DNA of 64,000 nt. Source: a virus. The notes under the pieces were generated by a model. That model was given only the letters and a program-made list of their open reading frames with translations, was not told the DNA's origin and did no database searches. The stretch is from the IMG/VR virus record IMGVR_UViG_3300032323_000716, positions 1-64,000 of that record. One strand, written 5' to 3'. Each line of letters starts with the position of its first letter. Positions within the stretch are counted from its first letter, which is position 1. The position numbers and the translations under genes are program-made. Shown in pieces: positions 57,101 through 64,000 of the stretch.

Positions 57101-57555
57101 ATACTGGTGAATTCCAAAGCATAGCATTGAATGAAGGTCAACGTGATACATTGTATGATCTAAAGGTAAATCCAATTCCGTTCTTTGTTGGTGTTGGTTT
57201 AGTTGCCTATGGTCAAAAGACTCGTGCAAGAAACGCAAGTGCATTGGATCGTATCAACGTAGCACGTTTGGTAGTATATCTACGCAGCCAATTACAAAAA
57301 CTGGCTCGTCCATATATCTTTGAACCAAATGATAAGATTACCAGAGACGAAATTAAAGGTGCAGTAGAAAGTCTATTGTTAGAATTGGTAGGCTTAAGAG
57401 CACTTTATGACTTTGCTGTGGTCTGCGATGAATCAAACAACACTGATGCTAGAATCGATCGTAATGAATTGTATGTAGATATTGCTATCGAGCCAACCAA
57501 AGCAGTTGAGTTCATCTACATACCATTGCGTATTAAGAACACAGGAGAGATTTAA
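54127..57555 (+). CDS. gp18: Contractile tail sheath protein with a large insertion
   Basis: MALTSPGVQVTVIDES, YPWFAPAGTRRG, RDTLYDLKVNPI, GQKT...SALDRINVARL, FEPND and EFIYIP. Confidence 0.93.
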   Translation: MALTSPGVQVTVIDESFYTPAEPGTTPLIVIATAQDKSNAAGTGTAVGTTASNVNKAFKITSQRELVDTFGVPFFEQTASASPVHGGERNEYGLLAAYSYLGVSNAAFIVRADVDLAELAGQTSAPGAEPANGKWWLDTLSTSWGIQEWNGAASTVVGGQKFANKVPLVLTDEDFSKLDGDPFDPLPSVGSVGDYAIVAQTIGADSPVETKENIKLWYKSAGNGGLGDRGVTAGTWVLVGSPEWKASHPAVQGTTAVSSAVSHDNLVLNGTPITAGSRSASTLATAINGLAPVGISAQAVNNRLYIYSDGTSVSDGSTTSVDGALTLEGNWTPFGITAGTYYSPKLQQTPHTQVPAFKSTDGAPRPTGSVWIKTTTPNSGSRWVIKRWNSATQLWVSYSAPLYATTNSALYGLDRSGGGINIDQEEIFVQTNATESSGNDNSPDTAEYRIWRRGGQGATTIESGIITTATFGTVSGNSFTLKQSHPGYESLIQTTVTFNSASDAESDAQAFAAAINSANFGFDNTDPASPIAYTNYITAEVTATNTVIVRHTAGGDIRFTDGTGTPIVSAFGTGYSLEDQDGTVNFYASGNGTEYIATLWKPLATENFAAQGDQPLAEAADGQLWYNPNFSEVDIMVHNGNTWVGYKNTHSLYTGTDPEGAIVSASEPTAQSDGTALVDNDLWISTADLENYPAIYRYTNAGTTSAAWTLIDKTDQTTEDGILFADARWNTDGGSGDATIIELLTSNFLDFDAPDPALYPKGMLLWNLRRSGGNVKRYQNNYVNTAENNPRFQASRAANGLDPILGDAMTSYWSDRWTTASPNNEDGSGSFGRKAQRALVVQKLKSTIDTSSEIRDEERRNFNLIACPGYPETLSNLINLNLDRGLTAFVVGDTPLRLPADATSLTAWGTNANGALDNGDTGIVSYDEYCAVYYPNGFTTDLGGSNAVVPASHMMLRTIALSDQVSYPWFAPAGTRRGGITNATAVGYIDSNTGEFQSIALNEGQRDTLYDLKVNPIPFFVGVGLVAYGQKTRARNASALDRINVARLVVYLRSQLQKLARPYIFEPNDKITRDEIKGAVESLLLELVGLRALYDFAVVCDESNNTDARIDRNELYVDIAIEPTKAVEFIYIPLRIKNTGEI

Positions 57556-57557
57556 AA

Positions 57558-58199
57558 ATGGCACTAACTTCACTTAATAGAATTTCAGTTCCGACTAGTA
57601 ACGGCAACAGCGGCACCGCGCTGCTGATGCCTAAACTACAGTATCGCTTTAGAGTGATATTGTTAGGTTTCGGAGTAGAGGCCAGCACCGAATTGACCAA
57701 ACAGGTCAGCGATGTAAAACGTCCTACAGTGACTTTTGAAGAGATGGAAATTCCTATCTACAATTCAAAAGTTAAACTAGCAGGTAAACCAAACTGGGAT
57801 GATGTAACCATTAACCTACGTGATGATGCTAACGGCCAAGTTCAGAAACTAGTTGGTCAGCAGATTCAGAAACAATTTGATTTCATGGAACAGGCAAGTG
57901 CTCGTTCAGGTATCGATTATAAGTTCCAAACTAACATTGAAATGTTAGATGGCGGTAACGGTGCTTTAGAACCAAGCATCCTTGAGAAGTGGGAACTATA
58001 TGGTTGTTTCTTATCTAGCGTCGACTACGGTGAGGCTAATTATGCTAACAACGAGCCAATGACTGTCGCACTAACATTGAAATATGATAATGCTGTGCAG
58101 TTTGCTGGTGCAAATGGAGCAGGTCCAGAGCGTGGCATTGGTGCAGTAGTAGGAAGAACACTAGGCGAAGCAGTAACAGGAAGAAGCGGCGCAGCCTAA
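57558..58199 (+). CDS. gp19: Tail tube protein
   Basis: 213 aa directly after the sheath gene; PKLQYRFRV, KLAGKPNWDDV...D, WELYGCF, LTLKYDNA. Confidence 0.85.
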   Translation: MALTSLNRISVPTSNGNSGTALLMPKLQYRFRVILLGFGVEASTELTKQVSDVKRPTVTFEEMEIPIYNSKVKLAGKPNWDDVTINLRDDANGQVQKLVGQQIQKQFDFMEQASARSGIDYKFQTNIEMLDGGNGALEPSILEKWELYGCFLSSVDYGEANYANNEPMTVALTLKYDNAVQFAGANGAGPERGIGAVVGRTLGEAVTGRSGAA

Positions 58200-58217
58200 T
58201 AGTCTTATTGACTAATA

Positions 58218-58245
58218 AAGAACCCGGACTTTTCCGGGTTTTTTT
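58218..58245 (+). terminator. Rho-independent terminator after the tube gene
   Basis: AACCCGGA-CTTT-TCCGGGTT followed by a T-run. Confidence 0.85.
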
Positions 58246-58262
58246 ATGGCATAAATATTTGT

Positions 58263-59345
58263 ATGGCCAATAAATTTACAAGATTTCTTACCGGTGTCGG
58301 CGACGGACTACTTAAACCCAAAGGTGGTCTAGCCGATTGGCGACACGCATCGAGACTGTTTTTAGACAACGGTTATCGATTAGCGCCTCGTACCAAATTT
58401 CTATACTATGTGAGATTTGAAATAGATAAAAATATTCTTACATCTCCGGTGTTTAGCAATAAACACGCAGACGAGATTGGTTATTTGATTAAGACCACAG
58501 ACTTACCTAAATTTAAATTTGAAACTGTAACAAAGAATCAATACAATCGCAAAAAGATTTTCTACAAAAATTTCTCATACGATGCTATCGATATGACGTT
58601 TCATGATGATAGTGCTGGCGTAATAAATGCGTTATGGGCATTGTATATGGGATCATATGTGCAGGATAGACACAATCCAGATAGGGCATTTTTTAAAACA
58701 GCACTAAGGCCCGAAGGCTCAGTGGTTGACAGTTTTCGTTATGGTCTAGACCGACAAGGTCGTAGCACAGACTTTTTTAAATCTATTAGCATCTATACAA
58801 TGAGCCGTAGAAGATTTCTCGGGTACACATTGCTTAATCCAAAAATTACGTCCTGGAATCACGGTAATATGGATTATGCCGCCAGTGAATTTAACGAAAA
58901 TTCTATGACTATAGAATATGAATCTGTAGCATATAGCACAGGTAATGTTTCTAGAAATAGTCCAAAGGGATTCGCTAATCTCTATTATGATAATGTACCT
59001 AGTCCGTTGTCAGTGGCTGGTGGCGGTACAGCCACACTATTAGGCGAAGGCGGCGTACTTGACGGATTAGAATCCATATTCGGCGATGTTGCAGGCGGTG
59101 GAGCATTTGGTAGTGTAGGAGGTTTCTTAGGTACTGCTATTAAAACTATTAATACTGCAAAAAATTTCAAGAGTCTTTCTAAAGAAGGTCTAAGACAAGA
59201 AGCCATCAATGTATTAGCAAGTCCCACAACATTAAGAAACACAGTTAATACTATAGGAGGAGTTGTAGGTGCTGCTTTTCCTAAAAATTCTGGTACTGAA
59301 ACTACTACAACAGCATCTCAGAAAAATCTATTAGGAGGAGATTAA
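58263..59345 (+). CDS. Tube-fold baseplate protein (gp48/gp54-like tube initiator)
   Basis: IKTTDLPKFKF...NQYNRK...YDAIDMTFHDD and MTIEYE echo tail-tube motifs; Gly-rich C-terminus. Confidence 0.6.
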   Translation: MANKFTRFLTGVGDGLLKPKGGLADWRHASRLFLDNGYRLAPRTKFLYYVRFEIDKNILTSPVFSNKHADEIGYLIKTTDLPKFKFETVTKNQYNRKKIFYKNFSYDAIDMTFHDDSAGVINALWALYMGSYVQDRHNPDRAFFKTALRPEGSVVDSFRYGLDRQGRSTDFFKSISIYTMSRRRFLGYTLLNPKITSWNHGNMDYAASEFNENSMTIEYESVAYSTGNVSRNSPKGFANLYYDNVPSPLSVAGGGTATLLGEGGVLDGLESIFGDVAGGGAFGSVGGFLGTAIKTINTAKNFKSLSKEGLRQEAINVLASPTTLRNTVNTIGGVVGAAFPKNSGTETTTTASQKNLLGGD

Positions 59346-59346
59346 T

Positions 59347-59718
59347 ATGGCATTGACCAATCTTCCAATTAAACAAGATGCTGACAGTGCATCCGCCACT
59401 AAAGCATTTTTTGAAACATACGGCAATCTACAATTAGAATTTACAGCCAACGAAGTTTCTGCTGCTATAGCCTTTTTTCAAAGCAGAGGCTTTTCAGACG
59501 ACGCTGCTATAATTACTGCACAGGTATTATTGCAGCAGGCTAAGATTGATGGGGTGTCAGTGTTTAAAATATTAGATACACTAAAAACTTTTGACGGTGT
59601 GCAGATTAGCGCACTGGTAGCCGAAATATTAAATAACAACAGAAACATAACCAGCGTACTAGGTTACAAAGTAGTTTCTGTTGAAAAACAAAATCAAACA
59701 AGAAATATCTATGCCTAA
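59347..59718 (+). CDS. Hypothetical protein
   Basis: 123 aa; AGGAGGAG SD. Confidence 0.65.
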   Translation: MALTNLPIKQDADSASATKAFFETYGNLQLEFTANEVSAAIAFFQSRGFSDDAAIITAQVLLQQAKIDGVSVFKILDTLKTFDGVQISALVAEILNNNRNITSVLGYKVVSVEKQNQTRNIYA

Positions 59719-60151
59719 ATTTGCTCAGGGTCGCTTTGAAATGAAGAACCCTGACAAGTATGTAGGGAAGAAAACTCCACTGGCTCGCAGTAGTTGGGAA
59801 TTTGTTTTCATGCGTATGTTAGATGAACACCCCGGAGTAGAAAATTGGGCTAGTGAAAGTATACAAATACCTTACAGAGATCCGCTGACTGGCAGATATA
59901 CAATTTATGTTCCTGATTTTTTTATAGTATATAAAGATAAAAACGGAAAAAAACATGCAGAAGTAGTAGAAGTTAAACCTAGCAATCAAATGATGTTAGA
60001 ACGTGTGGGTAAGAGTCTTTATAATCAAGAACAATACATAAAAAATATGGCTAAATGGGAAGCCGCAAATGCTTGGTGTAAACAGCAGAGCGTGAAATTT
60101 CGAGTAATTAACGAAGATGACATTTTCCATCAAGGTGGGAAACGCAGATAA
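59711..60151 (+). CDS. gp4: Head completion nuclease (TnsA-like; start revised to 59711)
   Basis: NPDKYVG, RSSWE..FM, W.SESI.IPY, Y.PDF, EVKP, N.AKW.AA..WC and FRVINE match T4 gp4. Confidence 0.85.
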   Translation: MPKFAQGRFEMKNPDKYVGKKTPLARSSWEFVFMRMLDEHPGVENWASESIQIPYRDPLTGRYTIYVPDFFIVYKDKNGKKHAEVVEVKPSNQMMLERVGKSLYNQEQYIKNMAKWEAANAWCKQQSVKFRVINEDDIFHQGGKRR

Positions 60152-60158
60152 GTATAGT

Positions 60159-60638
60159 ATGACTAAAAAATTAGAAGAATTATTTAATCTAGAATCTGAT
60201 GCCGAAAAGCCCACTGAAGTTGTAGAGCCAGTCAAAGAGCATCAGGAAGTTCGAAGCCTTGATGAAAGTTACAAAGCAGTGGCTGAAATAACCAAAGGTT
60301 TACCACAGATTAAAGAATTGGACGAATTAGACGATAAAGAATTAGACAGTCTAGCAAAAAAAGCAGAAGACGCCTATGATGATCTTATGGATTTAGGCAT
60401 GAATGTGGAAGTTAGGTATAGCGGACGTATTTTTGAAGTAGCGGGAACTATGTTAAAAAACGCTATAGATGCTAAATCCGCTAAAATAGAGAAAAAATTA
60501 AAAGCAGTTGATCTTCAGTTGAAAAAGTATAAGATAGATAAAGACAACAACGAAGACCCTAACGATGTTATTAACGGACAGGGTTACATCATAACAGATC
60601 GTAACGAACTGCTGAAAAAACTAGGCAATAAGGAATAA
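60159..60638 (+). CDS. Putative small terminase subunit (gp16-like; start revised to 60159)
   Basis: Helical; DLMDLGMNVE...RIFEVA.TMLK...DRNELLK resembles T4 gp16; lies near gp17; ATG 4 nt after TAAGTA. Confidence 0.55.
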   Translation: MTKKLEELFNLESDAEKPTEVVEPVKEHQEVRSLDESYKAVAEITKGLPQIKELDELDDKELDSLAKKAEDAYDDLMDLGMNVEVRYSGRIFEVAGTMLKNAIDAKSAKIEKKLKAVDLQLKKYKIDKDNNEDPNDVINGQGYIITDRNELLKKLGNKE

Positions 60639-60646
60639 ATACACAT

Positions 60647-61213
60647 ATGAAAAGTTTTAGACAATATCTTGCCGAAAGCCAAAAAGTTTACAGTTTTAAG
60701 GTAAAAGTTGCGGGCGAACTTCCTGAGAAATTTCAAGAAGGCCTAAAAAATCGCCTTGATCGCTGTAAAGTGTTAACACTAGAAAAAATCACTACAACTC
60801 CTATACAAAAGTTGCCTTTAGATTTTCCAGGAATGGAAAACAAAGAAGTACATGTATTCGAAGTAATTTGTGAATATCCTATTACCGGTCCAGAAATCAT
60901 TCAAGACATCAAAGGTATGGGAATAGACGAAGCATGTTTCAGAGTAAGAGGCAGCAGCGAGCCTTCAGAAGAAGAACAAGTTATTGCTACTAGCGAAACA
61001 AAAAGCGAAGCACTATTAAGTGAAACAGATCTTGATAAAAACTCAGGCAAGGTCAAACACAAAGATTATTTTGGTGATGATTTTAATAAGTCATTTCTAA
61101 AAGATTTAGAAAAATCAAGCAAGGCCCGTAAAAAAGATCAGGGACAGGCTGAATATAAACTGCCCAAGGCCAAGATCGACAAAGTAGGTACTAAGAGCCC
61201 AATGGGGAGTTAA
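60647..61213 (+). CDS. Hypothetical protein with a T4 capsid-targeting-like N-terminus
   Basis: Begins MKSFRQYLAE, compared with the T4 internal protein CTS MKTYQEFIAE. Confidence 0.65.
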   Translation: MKSFRQYLAESQKVYSFKVKVAGELPEKFQEGLKNRLDRCKVLTLEKITTTPIQKLPLDFPGMENKEVHVFEVICEYPITGPEIIQDIKGMGIDEACFRVRGSSEPSEEEQVIATSETKSEALLSETDLDKNSGKVKHKDYFGDDFNKSFLKDLEKSSKARKKDQGQAEYKLPKAKIDKVGTKSPMGS

Positions 61214-61215
61214 TT

Positions 61216-61914
61216 ATGAATTTTCAAGAATTATTAGCAAAGATGCAGCAGTTAGATCGACCTGCATCTACAGTAGAACAAATAACAGATGAGATGGGAT
61301 GCGGCGATATGTCATCATCTATGCCACCATCTATGCCACCGGCCAATGAGCCTCCTGTGGCTCCCCCTAGCATGAGCATTAATTTAAATGCTCAAGGTAT
61401 GGACAACATTGAAGATCTAATGAAGTTGGTAACTAAAGTAAATCCAGACATGGATAAGCCTAACCTTCCTCCTTTACCTTCTATGGGCGACATGCCAAGC
61501 ATTGCTTCAATTAAACCTGCTATGCCTCCTTTGAAGATGCTGCCAGATTTAGACAGCGAACCAGAAGGCGATCACCCAGAACCAGATGCAGATAATAAAA
61601 TTGATGTTATTCAGAAGTCTATGGGAGATATCGACGGTGACGGCGACCATGACATGGATGATCATGATGCTGAGAAGAAAGATAAGAAAGACGAAAAAGA
61701 AGCGTTTGGTAACTCACCAATCGGTGGTTCAGAGCCTGAGACAAAAGGGCTTGATGCTGCAATACCCGATGGCGACGATCTAAATAAACCTAAGAAGAGT
61801 TACAGCGATAAACCATATCGCGGTGATAATCCAATGTCTACAGAAAGTGTTGATCTAAGAGCACAGATTCGTGCAGAACTGCAACGTAGATTAAACGAAG
61901 CAAAAAAATCTTAA
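61216..61914 (+). CDS. Hypothetical Pro/Met/Asp-rich protein, candidate head-associated
   Basis: 232 aa, low complexity; DIDGDGDHDMDDHD acidic, EF-hand-like loop. Confidence 0.6.
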   Translation: MNFQELLAKMQQLDRPASTVEQITDEMGCGDMSSSMPPSMPPANEPPVAPPSMSINLNAQGMDNIEDLMKLVTKVNPDMDKPNLPPLPSMGDMPSIASIKPAMPPLKMLPDLDSEPEGDHPEPDADNKIDVIQKSMGDIDGDGDHDMDDHDAEKKDKKDEKEAFGNSPIGGSEPETKGLDAAIPDGDDLNKPKKSYSDKPYRGDNPMSTESVDLRAQIRAELQRRLNEAKKS

Positions 61915-61942
61915 AATAAAAAATGCGTGATACACGCTAATC

Positions 61943-61970
61943 AAATAGGCTCTCCGGGGCCTATTTTTTT
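61943..61970 (+). terminator. Rho-independent terminator
   Basis: AAATAGGCTC-TCCG-GGGCCTATTT followed by a T-run. Confidence 0.75.
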
Positions 61971-61984
61971 CAGTAAATAATTGT

Positions 61985-63571
61985 ATGGCAAAATCATTAG
62001 ACGGTGTATTAATCAAGAAGGCGCATGCCCCACAACGATATACATTAGAAGAAGTAAAACATCTTGAAGCATGCATGGATCCTATTACAGGACCTTTATA
62101 CTTCTGCAAGAATTTTTTAAAAATACAACATCCAGTTCGCGGCGCTATTAAGTTTGAGCCCTACGAATACCAAGAAAGACTAATACAGGCCTATCACGAA
62201 AACAAGCAATGTATTGCTATGTTGCCTCGTCAGATGGGCAAGACTACCTGTGCTACAGGCTATCTATTATGGTACACAATGTTTGTACCAGAAGCGCAGG
62301 TACTAATTGCTGCTCACAAGTATGAAGGTGCGCAGGACATTATGAATCGTTATCGTTATGGCTATGAAAACTTGCCTGACTTTGTTCGTGCTGGTGTCTA
62401 TTCATATAATAGAAACACCATCGAATACGATAACGGAAGTCGTATTCAGGCAACTACTACAACTGAAAATACTGGTCGTGGTAAATCTCTTTCATTGATC
62501 TATTGCGATGAGTTTGCATTTGTGCAGCCGCCAGAGAAAGCCAAAGAGTTCTGGACTGCGTTATCACCAACACTGTCAACAGGCGGTAAGTGTATCATTA
62601 CATCAACACCAAACAGTGACGAAGATCAGTTTGCGCTTATTTGGACAGAAGCCAATAACAGATTTGACGAACATGGTAACGAACAGAAATTAGGTCTAAA
62701 CGGGTTTCATAGTTATTTTGCACATTGGAACGAACACCCAGATAGGGATGAAGAATGGGCAAAAGTAGAACGTGCAAAGATTGGTGAAGAGCGATTCCGT
62801 CGTGAGTTTGATTGTGAGTTCTTGATCTTTGACGAAACGTTAATCAATGCAGTAAAACTAGCAGAACTCAAAGGTGATGAACCTGTAATGACTATGGGTC
62901 AAACACGTTGGTATAAAGATATTGACCCAAGATGCACATACCTAGTGGCTTTAGATCCTAGTCTAGGCACAGGGGGAGACTACGCAGCCATACAGGTTTA
63001 CGAAATGCCTTCGATGGAGCAGGTTGCAGAATGGCGACATAATCTAACTCCAGTGCAGTCACAGACTAAAAACCTTAGAGAAATATGTAATTACATTGTG
63101 AACAGGGGTAAAGAAAAAGGCGGCAATCCTACCATTTATTATTCAGTAGAAAATAATTCTGTAGGTGAAAGTGCTTTAATTTGTATCAGTAATATAGGCG
63201 AAGAAAACTTTCCAGGATTATTTTTGTCAGAACCTATACGTAAAGGTCATGTACGCAGATTCCGTAAAGGTTTTAATACTACTCATAAATCTAAGATCAG
63301 CACTTGCAGCCAACTAAAACACATGTTAGAAACTGGAAAAATGCGTATACACAGCAAGCCGTTAATCAGCGAACTAAAAACTTTTGTGGCTCACGGTATA
63401 GGTTTTGGAGCCAAGACTGGCGAACACGATGACTTAGTTTCTAGCGTTCTATTAATATTACGCATGGCTGCTATCTTAGCAGACTGGGATCCTAAAGTTT
63501 ATGAAAAAATGACAGATAAAATCACAGAAGATCAACTGCCCATGCCAATTTTTGTAAGTACAGGGTTTTGA
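61985..63571 (+). CDS. gp17: Terminase large subunit
   Basis: Walker A PRQMGKTT, Walker B IYCDEFAF, ITSTPN, FRREFDCEF, nuclease motifs ALDPSLG.GGDY and HDDLV; no intein or intron seen. Confidence 0.95.
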   Translation: MAKSLDGVLIKKAHAPQRYTLEEVKHLEACMDPITGPLYFCKNFLKIQHPVRGAIKFEPYEYQERLIQAYHENKQCIAMLPRQMGKTTCATGYLLWYTMFVPEAQVLIAAHKYEGAQDIMNRYRYGYENLPDFVRAGVYSYNRNTIEYDNGSRIQATTTTENTGRGKSLSLIYCDEFAFVQPPEKAKEFWTALSPTLSTGGKCIITSTPNSDEDQFALIWTEANNRFDEHGNEQKLGLNGFHSYFAHWNEHPDRDEEWAKVERAKIGEERFRREFDCEFLIFDETLINAVKLAELKGDEPVMTMGQTRWYKDIDPRCTYLVALDPSLGTGGDYAAIQVYEMPSMEQVAEWRHNLTPVQSQTKNLREICNYIVNRGKEKGGNPTIYYSVENNSVGESALICISNIGEENFPGLFLSEPIRKGHVRRFRKGFNTTHKSKISTCSQLKHMLETGKMRIHSKPLISELKTFVAHGIGFGAKTGEHDDLVSSVLLILRMAAILADWDPKVYEKMTDKITEDQLPMPIFVSTGF

Positions 63572-63582
63572 TAAATACACTT

Positions 63583-64000
63583 ATGAATGCAACTAACAAT
63601 ATTGCCACCGATTTATTCTATAAAATACGCAGCCGTTTTCGCGGTTTAAAATTAGGCGACGAAACCGGACAACTTACCATTAATCCAGAAGAAGCACGTT
63701 TTTTTGATTTTGATTACATGGAAGGCGAAACACCAATCGGACACGTCAGCATCAGCCTAGCCGAAGACAATTCTATGAAAGTGTATTTTAGCACTGGCAT
63801 AACAGAAGGCATGGACGCACCGCAAAAAAATAACTGGTACGGATTTTTAAAAGAATTGCGTACTTTTGCCAAACGTAGATTAATGGCTTTTGATACTAGA
63901 GATATTTCTAAAGATAATTTAGACAAAAGAGATTACGAGTTCTTAAGTCAACATAACAAGCCTAAAGAACAACCAAATACTGTAATAACGCCCGTTGGAG
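63583..64000 (+). CDS. Hypothetical protein, 5' part (runs off the window)
   Basis: ATG 5 nt after TAAATA; MNATNNIATDLFYKIRSRF...WYGFLKELRTFAKRRLMAFDTRDI... stays open to the window end. Confidence 0.75.
   Translation, partial: MNATNNIATDLFYKIRSRFRGLKLGDETGQLTINPEEARFFDFDYMEGETPIGHVSISLAEDNSMKVYFSTGITEGMDAPQKNNWYGFLKELRTFAKRRLMAFDTRDISKDNLDKRDYEFLSQHNKPKEQPNTVITPVG

Noticed and set aside
59711-60151. TnsA-like nuclease as evidence of a Tn7-type transposon
   Set aside because: The motifs and context match T4 gp4 head completion protein, and no other Tns genes or transposon ends are present.
1292-63926. Many 60-220 aa antisense or alternate-frame ORFs inside long genes (e.g. 10260-10919, 7665-8195, 27300-27797)
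   Set aside because: They are shadows of biased codon usage in the real genes and lack start signals or motifs.
1-64000. Stop-codon reassignment, CRISPR array, integrase/transposase, or intein in terminase or portal
   Set aside because: Core genes are full-length in the standard code. I saw no regularly spaced nucleotide repeats and no recombinase motifs, and terminase and portal have ordinary lengths.

Overview
This window is a late-gene (virion morphogenesis) region of a large T4-related myovirus, probably an uncultured environmental phage. It uses the standard genetic code and is densely coding. Recognisable core genes: tape measure with a C-terminal muralytic domain, portal (gp20), prohead protease (gp21), scaffold (gp22), major capsid (gp23), neck/tail completion (gp13/14/15), dNMP kinase (gp1), sheath (gp18), tube (gp19), head completion nuclease (gp4) and large terminase (gp17). 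Between the capsid and neck genes lies a ~34 kb fibre/adhesin island (14.3-48.7 kb). It holds three giant modular proteins, paralogous adaptor-like proteins, three tandem ~10%-cysteine paralogues, a GT9-like glycosyltransferase and a NodU/CmcH-type carbamoyltransferase. Most notable observations: (1) an unannotated -1 frameshift (A AAT TTT TTC) that would fuse the gp26-like gene to a 75-codon P2 E'-like extension beside the tape measure gene; (2) the Cys-rich trio with adjacent chaperone, glycosyltransferase and carbamoyltransferase, a candidate virion-tip and decoration system; (3) phycobiliprotein-like C-x-R-D helical repeats in the giant virion proteins; (4) a ~480-nt hairpin-dense non-coding region, a candidate large ncRNA; (5) eleven genes whose ATG lies 4-7 nt after a TAA(A/G)TA late-promoter box, implying leaderless mRNAs; (6) T4 capsid-targeting-like N-termini on several uncharacterised proteins. 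All calls come from motif recognition by eye; no database search was run.
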